Shown here in pieces: positions 45,474-58,390 of a DNA stretch of 64,000 nucleotides (position 1 is its first letter; every line of letters begins with the position of its first letter). The DNA comes from Squalus acanthias (lineage: Eukaryota): assembly GCA_030390025.1 (NCBI GenBank), contig CM059431.1:127040001-127104000 (forward strand), in the 5' to 3' direction. The notes beneath the pieces were generated by a model. The model was not told the DNA's origin and did not search any database. It worked only from the letters and a program-made list of their open reading frames with translations. A program made the position numbers and the translations under genes.

Positions 45474-48400
45474 TCACAGAGTCATAGAGTCATAGAGTTA
45501 TACAGCACAGAAAGAGGCCCTTCGGCCCATCGTGTCTACGCCGGCCATCAAGCCCTGTCTATTCTAATCCCATTTTCCAGCACTTGGTCCGTAGCCTTGT
45601 ATGCTATGGCATTTCAAGTGCTCATCTAAATGCTTCTTGAATGTTGTGAGGGTTCCTGCCTCTACCACCCTTTCAAGCAGTGAGTTCCAGGTTTCAACCA
45701 CCCTCTGGGTGAAAAAGTTTTTCCTCAAATCCCCTCTAAACCTCTTGCCCCTTACCTTGAAACTATGCCCCCAGGTTATTGACCCCTCTACTAAGGGGAA
45801 AAGTTCCTTTCTATCTACCCTATCTATGCCCCTCATAATTTTGTACACCTCAATCAGGTCCCCCCTCAGCCTTCTCTGCTCTAAGGAAAACAACCCCAGC
45901 CTGTCCAGTCTCTCTTCATAGCTGAAGTGCTCCAGCCCAGGTAACATCCTGGTGAATCTCCTCTGCACCCTCTCCAATGCAATCACATCCTTCCTATAGT
46001 GTGGCGACCAGAACTGCACACAGTATTCCAGTTATGGCCTAACTAGCATTTTGTACAGCTCCATCATAACCTCCCTGCTCTTATATTCTATGTCTCGGCT
46101 AATGAAGGCAAGTATCCCATATGCCTTTTTAACCACCTTATCTACCTGTCCTGCTGCCTTCAGGGATCTATGTACATGCACACCAAGGTCCCTCTGATCC
46201 TCTGTCCTTCCTAGGATCCTACCATTCATTGTGTATTCCCTTGCCTTGTTAGTCCTCACAAAATGCATCACCTCACACTTTTCAGGGTTAAATTCTGCCC
46301 ATCTAACCAACCTGTCTATAACGTCCTGTAGTCTAAGGCTTCCCTCCTCGCTATTTACCACTCCACAAATTTTCGTGTCATCTGCGAACTTACTGATCAT
46401 ACCTCCTACATTCATATCTAAATCATTAATGTACACTACAAACAGCAGAGGACCCAGCACCGATCCCTGCAGTACACCACTGGACACAGGCGTCCTGTCA
46501 CAAAAACAACCTACGAACATCACCCTCTGCCTCCTGCCACTAAGCCAATTTTGGATCCAATGTGCCAAATTGCCCTGGATCCCATGGGCTCTTACCTTCT
46601 TGACCAGTCTTCCATGCGGGACTTTCTCAAAAGCCTTACTGAAGTCCATGTAGCCTACATCAAATGCACTACCCTCATCCACACACCTAGTCGCCCCCTC
46701 GAAAAATTCAATCAAATTGGTTAGACATGATCTCCCCCTGACAAAGCCATGCTGACTATCCTAGATTAATCCTTGCCTCTCCAAGTGGAGACTAATTCTG
46801 TCCCTCAGAATTTTTTCCAATAATTTCCCTACCACTGATGTTAGGCTCACTGGCCTGTAATTCCCTGGTTTATCCCTACTACCCTTCTTGAATAATGGTA
46901 CTACGTTAGCTGTCCTCCAGTCCTCTGGCAACTCCCCTGTGGCCAGAGAGGTTCTGAAAATTTGTGTCAGAGCCCCTGCAATCTCCTCCCTTGCCTCACA
47001 CAGCAGCATGGGATACATCTCGTCTGGGCCTAGGGGTTTATCCACTTTTAAGCCCGCTAAAACCGTTAGTAACTCCTCCCTCTCAATACTAATTTGTTCA
47101 AGTATATCACAATCCCCCTGCCTGATTTCTATGCCTACATCGTCCTTCTCCATAGTGAACACAGATGCAAAATATTCATTTAAAACCTCACCCACATCTT
47201 CCGGCTCTACACACAGATTGCCACATTGGTCCCTAATGGGCCCTACTCTTTCCCTGGTTATCCTCTTGTCCTTAATATACTTATAAAACAACTTGGGATT
47301 TTCCTTTATTTTGCCCACCAGTGTTTTTTCATGCCCCCTCTTCGCTCTCCTAATTTCTTTTTTAAGTACCCCCCTGCACTTTCTATACTCCTCTAGGGCT
47401 TCCACTGTTTTTAGTCCTTTGTATCTGCCAACAGCCTCCCTTTTTTTCCTAATCCATTCTTGTATATCTATAGACATCCAGGGTTCACTGGGCTTATTGG
47501 TCCCACCCTTGACCTTTACGGGAACATGTTGGTGTTGTACTCTCTCTATTTCCTTTCTGAAAGACTCCCACTGCTCTGATGTGGATTTTCCTACAAGTAG
47601 CTGATCCCAGTCCACTTTGGCCAGATCCTGCCTTATCATATTAAAATCGCCCTTCCCCCAATTTAGAATCTTTATTTCTGGTCCATCTTTGTCCTCTTCC
47701 ATGACTACCTTAAATCTCACTGAATTATGGTCACTGTCACCAAAATGCTCTCCTACTGACACTTCTACCACTTGCCTAGAACTAGGTCCAGTACCGCCCC
47801 CTCTCTTGCAGGACTTTCTACATGCTGGCTCAAAAAGCTCTCCTGGATGCACTTTAAGAATTCCGCACCCTCTAAGCCTTTCACACACTGACTATCCCAA
47901 TTAATAATGGGGAAGTTGAAATCCCCTACTATTATTACCCGATTACCCTATTATTTCTACACTTCTCTGAGATTTGCCTACATATCTGTTCCTCTATCTC
48001 CCCCTGACTGTTTGGGGGCCTATAGTGCACTCCCAGCAAAGTGCTTGCCCCCTTTTTGTTTTTAAGTTCTACCCATATGGCCTCATTAGAGGAACCTGCT
48101 CAGATATCATCCCTCCTTACAGCAGTAATTGACTCCTTGATTAATATTGTGACACCCCCTCCTCTTTTACAACTCCCTCTCTCTTGCCTGAAGATTCTAT
48201 ACCCCGGAATATTGAGCTGCCGGTCCTGCCCCTCCCTCAACCATGTCTCTGTGATAGCAATAATATCATACTCCCATGTGTTCATCAACACCTTCAATTC
48301 ATCTGCCTTACTCGCAAGACTCCTTGCATTAAAATAAATACCATCCAGCCTTGCCATACTCCCTTGTGCCATTACATATTTGCTCTGCCTTCCAGACTGA

Positions 48401-48500
48401 TTTGTTTTTTCCTCTATATTTGGCTGTGCATCACCCCCTACTATAGCACCACTCCGAACCCCATCCCCCTGCCAAGTTAGTTTAAACCCCCCCCAACAGT
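45474..48500 (-). mobile_element. CR1 LINE with near-complete but frameshifted ORF2 (APE endonuclease + RT)
   Basis: YFNARSL, ITETWL, SDHN, NYRPVSLTS, DFSKAF, QGSVLGP, FADD and FFTQRVV; (CATAGAGT)n tail on the plus strand. Confidence 0.95.
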
Positions 48501-49971
48501 ACTACCATACTCCCTGCATATGCTTATGGAAGGAGTCACAACGCGCAGGGAGGTTCTCTTCCCTTCCAATGGGCGGAAGAGACTTCCCCAGGAGATCAAG
48601 GCAGCCTGGTTGCACATTGCACAGGAGGACACAAGCAGGGATGTCATCAGGAGGACCAGGCTGCAGTGGCGCAAACTTTTCAATGATCTCAGTAGATCAC
48701 GAAACGTTACTGCAAAGCCACACTCAGCCTCATCCTGCTGTGCCATTCATCACATCCCCATCACTCTGCCTTCCCTACTCTACTCCTCCACATCCTTACT
48801 CACACCAACTTACCTTGCACCTCCACCCATCCCTCTCTATCTACATTATCACTTCCCAATCTCACTAGCCACCCTCACACTCACCCTCACCCTAGTCCAA
48901 TCATACCAAATAACAACACACAAGGGTAGGTAGTTGGGTGTTTTAGCCAATGTTCATGTCAAATTTCTGTTTATGTGTTGTCAACCATTGAAATCATTAT
49001 TTTCAACATTTCTTGGACAGATCTGTGTGCACCTTTGGAAGTGGCTTAGTGAGTTGCAAAGAATGGTGAGACATAACGGAACCCCCCCCCCGCCAATGGT
49101 GATGAGTGTGAAAAGAATGGCTTGGGCATTGTAGGAATGCTTGATTGTGTTGGTGTGGGGTGGAGCCAACCTGGCGCATCATGTGGCAGCTAGGGGGTAT
49201 AGTGTCAAGTGAAGCCAAACTGGCCATGTTGAGGCTATCTCTGGCCTCCCGGGCTGCAATGTGGTCGGGTGCTGTTGCCCTCTGTCCTGTGCAGCCTCAG
49301 GTGATTGCGGAGAAGGTTGGTGCTGTTGTTGGTGCTGCTGGTGTGTCCAGTGATGTTGGTGTTGGGGCTGATTGTGGTGGGATTTTGAGGACCAAGGTGA
49401 GATTTTTTCAAGGGCACCGATGCTGATGGAATAGATGGCAGCTAAAGTTGAGATGACAGAAGTGACCTGTCAATGGTGAGAGAGGTTGCTCCAAGGTGAT
49501 GACACTGGATAGAGAGTTTGCTCCAAACACTTCAAACCTCCATTAAGCTGAAAAGTGTATTCCAAATCCTGAAGGCTCCAGCTTCTAAGATTGGAAATTG
49601 AACAGCTGCGAAATGATAACTTTTATACCACTTTTGCAGCTGTCAACTATTCACAACAATGCAGAGTCATTGAGAACCCGACACACTTACCTGACGTGAT
49701 CCCCGAGCATCGGGAACGTCGTAAAAAACATGGAAAAATCATTCGGACCTGGTAAAATGCTGCTTAAATACCTTTAAGCAGCTTCTTAATTATCTCAATT
49801 GCCTGACCCGTCTCTTAGTGCCGGGTCTGCAAACTGTAGGCAGAGCCGGCACTTGGGAAATTAACAAGGAGGCGGGTTCAGAGCGGACTTCCGCCCCGCT
49901 GTCAATCACTGCCATTTTGACAGCGGACCCGCCTCCGAACCCACCCTCTGAGCTCCGGCAAAATTCAGCCC
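48500..49971 (+). mobile_element. Non-autonomous Harbinger (family of 3663-5440), left end missing
   Basis: Myb remnant MLMEGVTTRREVLFP...RKLFNDL, colinear with 3990-5440; ends AAATTCAGCCC. Confidence 0.8.
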
Positions 49972-50450
49972 ATGATTCCAGCCAGTGGAGAGTTTCCCCC
50001 CTGATTCCCATTGACTTCAATTGTACTAGGGTTCCTTGATGCCACACTCGGTCAAATGCTGCCTTGATGTCAAGGGCAGTCACTCTCACCTCAACTCTCG
50101 AATTCAGCTCTTTGTCCATGTTTGGACCAAGGCTGTAATGAGGTCAGGAGCCGAATGGTCCTGGTGGAACCTAAACTGAGCATTGGTGAGTAGGTTATTG
50201 GTGAGTAAGTGCTGATTAATGGCACTGTTGACGACACCATCCATCACTTTGCTGATGATTGAGAGTAGACTGATTGGGTGGTAATTGGCCGGATTGGATT
50301 TTTCCTGTTGGACAGGACATACCTGGCCAATTTTCCACTTGTTCGGGTAGATGCCAGTGTTGTAGCTGTACTGAAACAGCTTGGCTAGATGCGCAGCTGG
50401 TTCTTACAAGTCTTCAGCACTACAGCCGGGAAGTTGTCGGCGCCAATAGC
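49972..50450 (-). mobile_element. LINE RT fragment
   Basis: ALDIKAAFDRVWHQG...LHWLES on the minus strand. Confidence 0.8.
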
Positions 50451-50817
50451 CCACTTCACATAGGCCCAATCGACAAGCTACCTCGGCTGCATGTAAATGA
50501 GGCCTGCGTATTAAATATGGCAGGATACGATAGCACAGTGGTTATATTATCAGGCAAGTACTCGTGAACCTGGACGACTAACCTCAGAGAATGTGAGTTT
50601 AAATCCTGCCATGCCAGCTTGAATATTTGAATTTATTTTTGAACACGAAGTGAATCAAGGGATTTGGGGATAGGGCGGGAAAGTGGAGTTGAGGTAGAAG
50701 ATGAGCCATGATCTTATTGAATGGTGGAGCAGGCTCGAGGAGATGTATGGCTTACTCCTGCTCCTATTCAAAAGAAAAATATTTGCCTTGCAGAAACCAT
50801 TTCAAGCTTTTGCTATT

Positions 50818-51556
50818 GGCCCAAAAATTAGTGCCTCTACGCGAGAGTACGCACTGTGTACTCTCGCGTATTCTCTCTCCAATTGCTGGTTTTCTGCATG
50901 CCCTGCACATGCGCTGAAAACCGGCACTTGGTTTTTGGAAAAGGGGGCGGTTCCTCGGTGCACCGCGTGCGCGCTGCAGGCTGCGCGCACGCTGTGCACT
51001 CAGTGCTTTGGACGCGCAGGTAAGTACGGAAGATTTTAGAAATGAAAAAAGGAGGAGTATACCCACTTTTAACAAGGTAAGTAGTGAATTAAGTATTATT
51101 TTGAATTTTTTTAACAGGTATATCTTTTTTAGAGACTTTAAAGACAGGTAAGTTTATTTTTATAACTTTTTAAAAGATTTTAAATTTTTTCAAAAATTTA
51201 ATTTTTTATTTAAAATGGTTAATTTATTTAACTATACTTATTTTATTAATGTGATGTTTTTTTTTCATTTAATTGAGGTTTAGCTGTTATTTTGGGGGTG
51301 TGTAAGATTCATAGCTTTCACAGCACTTATGTGAAACTTATGAATGGAAGATGGTGGGCTGCCATTGGCTCTAACTGAGTCACGTGATCCCACAGCTCGC
51401 ACGAATTCACTACGCCAGTGGGATACGCAAGCACTGCCCAGCTGATGTCTAGAACATCAAGTTCGTGCGAGCTGGAACTGAAAAAGCTAACGCGGAGTGA
51501 GAGATCGCGGGGAAGCCTTACCCCCGCGTCAACACTCAGTCTTTAATTTCTGGGCC
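50818..51556 (+). mobile_element. Harbinger-type MITE (family of 6218-6960)
   Basis: TIRs GGCCCAAAAATTA / TAATTTCTGGGCC, TSD ATT. Confidence 0.88.
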
Positions 51557-52315
51557 ATTATATCAATTAAACTGAAATCTCATTAATATAACTCTTCTGA
51601 AATGCAGATGGTCTGATTTTAAGTGACTTTGCCTGGCGTTAATGGGGCGGTATCAGCCTGCAAAGTTTAGAGGCCTGAGCAGCCTCCAGCAGTCCCTTTG
51701 AGAACTGCTGATTAGGCTGAAAATGGCATTGGGTAACTTACCGCCACGTTTGTGCTAGTGCTCCAGTCGCCCCCCATCTTTGGTAGGGTCCTGAGATGGG
51801 TGGCCAGCGTCTTTGCCTGTTTCAGGTGGGAGTCCACTTGTAATGTGAAAATCAGGGTTCCATGATGTACATAGGACCCCGATTGCAAATTGAGGGACAA
51901 ATGGGTGGGGTGCATGCTGTGCACGCACACTCTTCCCATTTGTACCAACATTGAGCAACCTAACCAACGGTTCTTAAAGGCAGAGGCAGTATTTTCTAGA
52001 CTTTTATGTTTCTGGAGTCAGGAGGAGCAGGAACTTCTGGCCTATGCAACCCTCCCACACCACCCCCCACCTCCTTTCCAGGATTGACTCCCTTCCCTAA
52101 GGCGCCAATTATCAGCCCATTTCAAGTAGGCCCAACTGACGAGCTGCCTCAGTTGCAAGTAAATGAGGCCTTAAAATTAAAATGGCTGAGGCCTCACGGT
52201 TGTAACAATGGGCATGCTCAGGTGAACTAAACCTGCTAACCACCCATTTTGCACCTCATGGTTTTAATGTGTAGAGTGTCAGTGATTTTAGTGTTACAGC
52301 AGGGAAAACACAATT

Positions 52316-53075
52316 GGGCCAGAAATTCGGCTTTCTGGCTTCCTGCGGGTGCAAGCATCGCGTGCGTACTTGCCTACCGCGCCTGCAGTTGTGCTTCGGG
52401 CCCACGAGGACTTCAGGTCCTGGGCCTCCTGCAGTTGCCGGCGCGCAGTGCTTGCGTATCCCAGGGGCGCAGTTAGTTCGAAGCATCCCCTGGGATCACG
52501 TGGGCCATGGAGAGCCAATTGGAGCAGGGCATTTTCATTCATAGATTTGACAGGAAGACCTGTCAAATCTATGAATAGAGATCGGCCCCAAAACCACACT
52601 TAAACTTCAAATATTTTTTTTTTAAATCACATTTTTTAAATAACTATAAGTTACATAAATTAACTACTTTAAACAAAAATTTAAATTTTTGAAAAAATTA
52701 ATTATACTTTTTAACGGTGCAAAAATAAACTTACCTTTCTTTAAAGTATCAAAAAAGATAAACCTGTTGAAAAAATGTTTAAATTGTAATTAATTAACCA
52801 CTTACCTTGTTAAAAACAGACCTTGCGCCTCCTTTTTTAAAGCGCAGCTTCTCCATACTTACCCTCCCGGAGAAACCTGAAAAAAAAAACGAAGTTCGCT
52901 GCGTGCGCGCAGCCTCTCCCGCGCATGCGTTCGACTTCTGAACCCCTTCCTTCAGGGGGACGGAAGTTCCGGTTTCCCGCGCATGCGCAGTGCATGCAGG
53001 AATCCGGTACTTCAGGTGGCCTCACGAGTGAGTACACAGCGCGTACTCACCCGACAAGAGCCGAATTTCTGGCCC
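52316..53075 (-). mobile_element. Related Harbinger-type MITE in reverse orientation
   Basis: Perfect 17-bp TIRs GGGCCAGAAATTCGGCT, TSD ATT. Shares the AT-rich core ACTTTAAAGAAAGGTAAGTTTATTT with 6218-6960. Confidence 0.88.
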
Positions 53076-56000
53076 ATTGTCTGAATGGACCCACAATAAT
53101 ATTACTTGGGTTGTGAATAATTTTAGGTTAGCTAGCAAGTCTGATAAATATCCAGTCTGGACTATCAATAAAACTATTTAACTCCTAATTCTGTTTATAA
53201 AATACAGAAATAAGTTTGCATTGCCAATAGTCTCGTTTCCTGCAATGTTAAAAACGTCTGCCTAATTGCTAATTTTCACAGTGCAGCATAAAAAGAAAGT
53301 GGAGTCGGATCTGCAGCATAGCATCATGTTGTGTATATTGTCTAGAATGAAAATGAAGGGTGGTTTAGTGAACAGAACCAGTCTATAAAAGCTTGAAACC
53401 TGCAGGGCATGTTTGTGCCTTCAATTAGTTTGCAGTGCTGCTAGAAAACTGAGAAGAAGTTAAGAAGCATTTATAAATGACAGGCAAGTTATTTAAAAGA
53501 ATGTTTTTAAAACTTGAATAAAGTGATAATATTTTCGGTCATTCCCCACTTAAGTACAGCCACCAGTGAAGTATGTGTTCAAATAAAAATGTTTTTGGAA
53601 GGAGAAAATTAAAAATGTTGTTCATTAAACAAAACATCACAAGAGTCAACTAGTGAAGAACTGCGGGTACTACTTTCTTGCATATTGATTCAAAACGTTT
53701 GCATTTTTTGAATTTTTGTTATATAAATCAGTAATGTTTTGTCTGGACAGTAAATAAAAGCCTCAATGAATGCTTTGCTGTTGAACATTACTGAATCTTT
53801 AGCTGTCCCCATAGATATACCAAGGCTATGAATTGAACTCTGAACTTCTTTGCATGCTGATCACTGAAGTAGAGTATACAGGTAGGAGTATATTTATAAC
53901 AAGGTCTTTTTTTTGTTCGAAAACTATAATTGCCTTGTAGGGAAAGAATAGCACAAAGACGGTGATCTTATGAAAAGCCAACAACATTTAGTTTCAAAAC
54001 TTGCAATCTATTTCAAGTTGATGAGAGTAATTTCATCAAGATATTTCTTTGTAGTTATTCTACTTAATAGATACAGGCGCATTAGCACTGCAAGCATTTA
54101 ACAGTTTTCTCCCCTGTCATGAAATATAGAAAAGTTGGTTTTAAAATGATATGTTCTAATTTAAAACAATTACCTTGCATGAGATATTGATTAAAGTTGT
54201 GTCAGCAAATTCACAAAACAGATCTGTGAATCACTGGTGTAGAATTAGTAAGAAAGGTTCGTTTATAAACTTATTTACGGCAGAGCGAAGGTAATATTTA
54301 TCACTACAAAGCAATTTGTTGACTTGTAAATCTATCCAAAAGCCTTTTGTCTAATACTTATGTCCCTTGCAAACTGGAAGAATTACCTACATCCCCAAGG
54401 AAAGCAATGTTATTCCACTGTGGCCTCAGGCTTTTAGGACTTTTACAGAAAATCAATGAGAACTTGAATGTTTTAAATCAAGTATAAACACATTGCAAGA
54501 CTTCAGCGGCAATAATAATTCACTAATGCTTCCGATGAGCAACAAGTTGTGTTTTGTTTCAAAATATTAATCTATGTTGGTTCTGAGTATGCTTGCTCTT
54601 TATTAGGAATCAAGATAAAATGTAAAATTCTTCCAATTCTACTATTCAGCTGATTGAAGAACTGATTGTGCCATCAGTAAACAATCTCTCTCTCAATATA
54701 GAGCAAACAAATTGCATATTCATTATATTTTTCTGAACTGCTCACACAGAACTAAAACATTATTCATATCGAATCATTTATTAACCCATCATTCAAATGT
54801 GTCATGATGCCTACACTTCCATTTATATAATGTGTTAATCCAGTCTTCAAAACTAATCAAAGAGGGTGATATTCTGGGAAACCCCACACTGCCAGTGGTC
54901 ATGAGGCAGGATGGGACTTCCAGCCACCATTCTGGCCCAATGGTGACTCCATCTCGAATCCTGGGGGGCTCAGGGTCATTAACATAAAGGGAATGGGTGC
55001 CCACATCCTTCATGGTGCTTTCTGGACATCTTCCCCAGTGAGGAGGAGCGGGAATATCAGAATGGCACTTTGCCACGCTATCAGGAAGCCAGTGCTATTC
55101 TGGCCGACAATCCAATTAAAAAAAACTGTTCCAAGTCCTTTGTTGCCAGTTTTCTAATTCCAATCAATCATTCTACAGTGGGAGTCTGGACTAAACCCTA
55201 ATTGCCACATAGAGATTTCCATAAATATGTAAATTTGTGGCATAACTGGCAGTCATATTTTCGTTTAATATTAATATTTCTGTCATATTTCTAAAATAAG
55301 TGTTGCAAAAATACAAAAAAGTAGAGCAAATAAAGTACTTTATTTAATTATGTTAATTACAGTAGTCTTTCCTTTTAGAATCATAGAGTGGTTACAGCAC
55401 TGAAGAAGGCCATTCAGCCCGTCCAGCCCGTGACGGCTCTCTGCAAGAGCACTTCAGCTAGTCCCACTCCCCCGCCCTTTCCCCGTAGCCCTGCAAATTT
55501 CTTTAATTCAGATACTTATCCAACTCCCTTTTAAAAGCCATGACTGAATCTGACTCCATCACTTTCAGGTAGTGCATTCCAGGTCTTATCCACTTGCTGC
55601 GTAAAAAAGATTTTTCTTACGTCGCCTTTGGTTCCTTTGCCAATCACCTTGAATCAGTGTCCTCTGGTTCTCGACCCTTCTGCCAATGGGAACAGTTTCC
55701 CTCTATCTACTCTGTCCAGACCCCTCATAATTTTGAACACCTCTATCAAATCTTCTCTCAATCTTCTCTGCTCCAAGGAAACAACCCCAGCATCTCCAGT
55801 CTATCTACGTAACTGAAGTCCCTCATTCCTGGACTCATTCTCCTAAATCTTTTCTGCACCCTCTCTAAGACCTTCACATCGTTCCTAAAGTGTGGTGCCC
55901 AAAATTGGACACAGTATTCCAGTTGGGGCCGAAGCAGTATTTTATACAGGTTCATCATAATTTCCACACTTTTGTACTCTATGGGGGAGAAATTCAGTAT

Positions 56001-56342
56001 CGCCCCATTTGGGGCGCAATTATCGGCCGGGCGCAAAGATTAGTGCCTGGCGCTAATTATCGCCTCCGACTGCAAACTTGACTTTTATCGCCCCGGAGGT
56101 GATTGGAGCGCTAAATCAGGCGCTACACATCTGTCTTAAGGCGCAAAGGCCGAGGAGCGAGGCGCTAACTCAGAGCGCGGGCGCAGCGCAGGTGCTGTCA
56201 GTTAGCGATGGAACACAGACACACTGGCGCCGGCCAGTTCTTAAAGGGGAGGGTCGATCTTGCACTCCAGCCACACCCTGCTCATTGGAGCCTTGAATCT
56301 CGGCCTGGAGAGACCTGTGCCTAAATCTTCCAGCCAAGGACT

Positions 56343-58108
56343 ATGGAGAGGGTGAGAAAACGAGCTCAGCGCTTCAGCGAGCGGGCCTTGGATGCTCTGG
56401 TTGGCACGGTGGAGCGCAAAATATCAATACTGTACCAAGAGAGTGGCAGGAAGCCTTTGCCGTGCGAGTACAGAAGAGTGTGGAGGGAGGTGGCTCAGAG
56501 CGTCTCCTCCAGGAGCATGGTGCCCAGGACCCATATTCAATGTCGAAAAAAGTTCAACGACCTAACTCAGGTCGTCAGGGTGAGTGGCTTTTTTTCAATA
56601 CCTCTCCATTCCACCATCTCAACCTCACTCTATGGCCAGAGGGTCTTAAAACCCCAAAGCCCAACACTCATCCAACACCTATGCCTCTCTCATGAAACAC
56701 ACACGCAAATTCCACACTTTGCATAAGGTAAGGGCTATTCACCTATGGGAGGCACATCAGGCAAGACCATGGCTGTATATTTACTCAGACGCCATCCTTT
56801 TTCTTGCAGACCAAGCTATCTCATAATAGGAGACAGCAGCAACGGACGGGTGGAGGGCGGCCTCAGCTGCAACCCCTCAGCGATCTTGAGGCGCACGTCC
56901 ACAGGATTGTGGCAAGCCGGGTGATCGGTCCCGTCGCCACTGGAGACGCCGACCCCGTTCTGGACAGCAATGGTAAGGTCATCACCTTTTTGTCCTCTCT
57001 CCTTCCACTTGTCCCTCACAACACCAGCCTTTGACACTTTCAATCCAACTTACTAAATTGCTGCACTCATTCCTCCCTTACTGCCCCCCTGTCCTCACGC
57101 TAAAGCCACTCTTGTACCTCCCTGCTTTCAGATGGTGATTCACCAGCTGAGGAGACGGGCCCTCAAGCTGCCAGTGGGAGTGAAGCTGCAGGCGAGGAGG
57201 AAGATGAAGGTGGAGCATCAGCGCCACCCTCTCCCGAGGAAGCCCATGCCCACACTGGGAACACGCCTTCCCTGGAGGGGAGCAGGGGGGAAGGGTCTGA
57301 TGAGGGTGAAGCTCCAGGACCCAGCGGGCTGCAGCAACGCGATGGGCGTAGGGAAGCTCGGGGGCCTTCTCCCCGGAGGGAGAGTATGCCAGCGAGTCCT
57401 ACTGCACTGGACGCAGAGGAGGATTGGCTGATCGCTGAAATGAACACCCAGGCGGTGGACATGCACACTGAGCTCATGGGTGCAGTGGGAAGGGTGCCCG
57501 AATGCATTGAATCACTGGCAAGGAGTATGGAGCACTTCGCTGTAGCACAGGCGGATGCCATGCAAATGTTTAGTGCTGCAATTCAGTCACTGGCTGCCAT
57601 GACCCCATCCCTGACTGCTCTCATGCAGACTCAGATTGAGGCCACGCGAGCACTGACTGCTGCCATCCTCACTGGTTCAGACTCATTTCCCCGGGGCTCT
57701 CACCGTGCCGCAGCAGGCCAGCAATCTGTGCTCCAGCAGATTGCTCCGGATGCTGAAGTGCTGCCCCGTGGGAGTGCCAGTGTGTCGGTCGAGCAGGGAG
57801 TTGCTGACCTCTCTCAAGATGACAGCATTCTTGCTGCCACCACTGTCACTTCTCCACTGCACTTGCCACCGCCTGTAGGACAGACAACTGCCGCCCATGT
57901 AGAGTTGGTGCAGTCTGCAGCCGGGCCTTCCAGGCCCAGAGCTGGTCGAGGCTGTCCTTCAAGGGCATCTGCAGTCTCAGGTTCTGACAATCAGCAGCCT
58001 TCCAGCAACCTTGCTGCAGCCACTGGGGTCCCATTACGGAGGAGCAGTAGGGTTAGAAGGGGGGAAATGCGCAAGGGTAGGAGATCACCCTCAAAGGGTA
58101 AAAAGTAG
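56343..58108 (+). CDS. Harbinger Myb/SANT-like DNA-binding protein, 3 exons (56343-56579, 56810-56972, 57132-58108), 458 aa, intact
   Basis: RFSERALDALV...W.EVA..V...RTHIQCRKKFNDL, then RTGGG. GT-AG introns of phase 0 and 1 give an open 1377-nt CDS. Confidence 0.85.
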
Positions 58109-58390
58109 GAGGCGTGACAAAATGTTGGTCATTTTTTTATTAAAGGCCGAGGTTCGTGGTCCAACTTTTCTTTAGTGTTTTGGACATTATCTCCAGGTTG
58201 TGAGAACCAGTTATGTTAATGACTGTTTTTGTGCATTTCTTTCTATTAGTTTGTAAAATAAATAAGTTTTTGTATTCAAAATGTACATGTTTGGTCTTTG
58301 GAATCATTGCTGCCTTTGCCGGCTTCGAGGTTGCGGGTTGGTTTCATTCATGTTGTTCTCAATGGCAGAAGCCATTTCCTCAGCAGGGGC

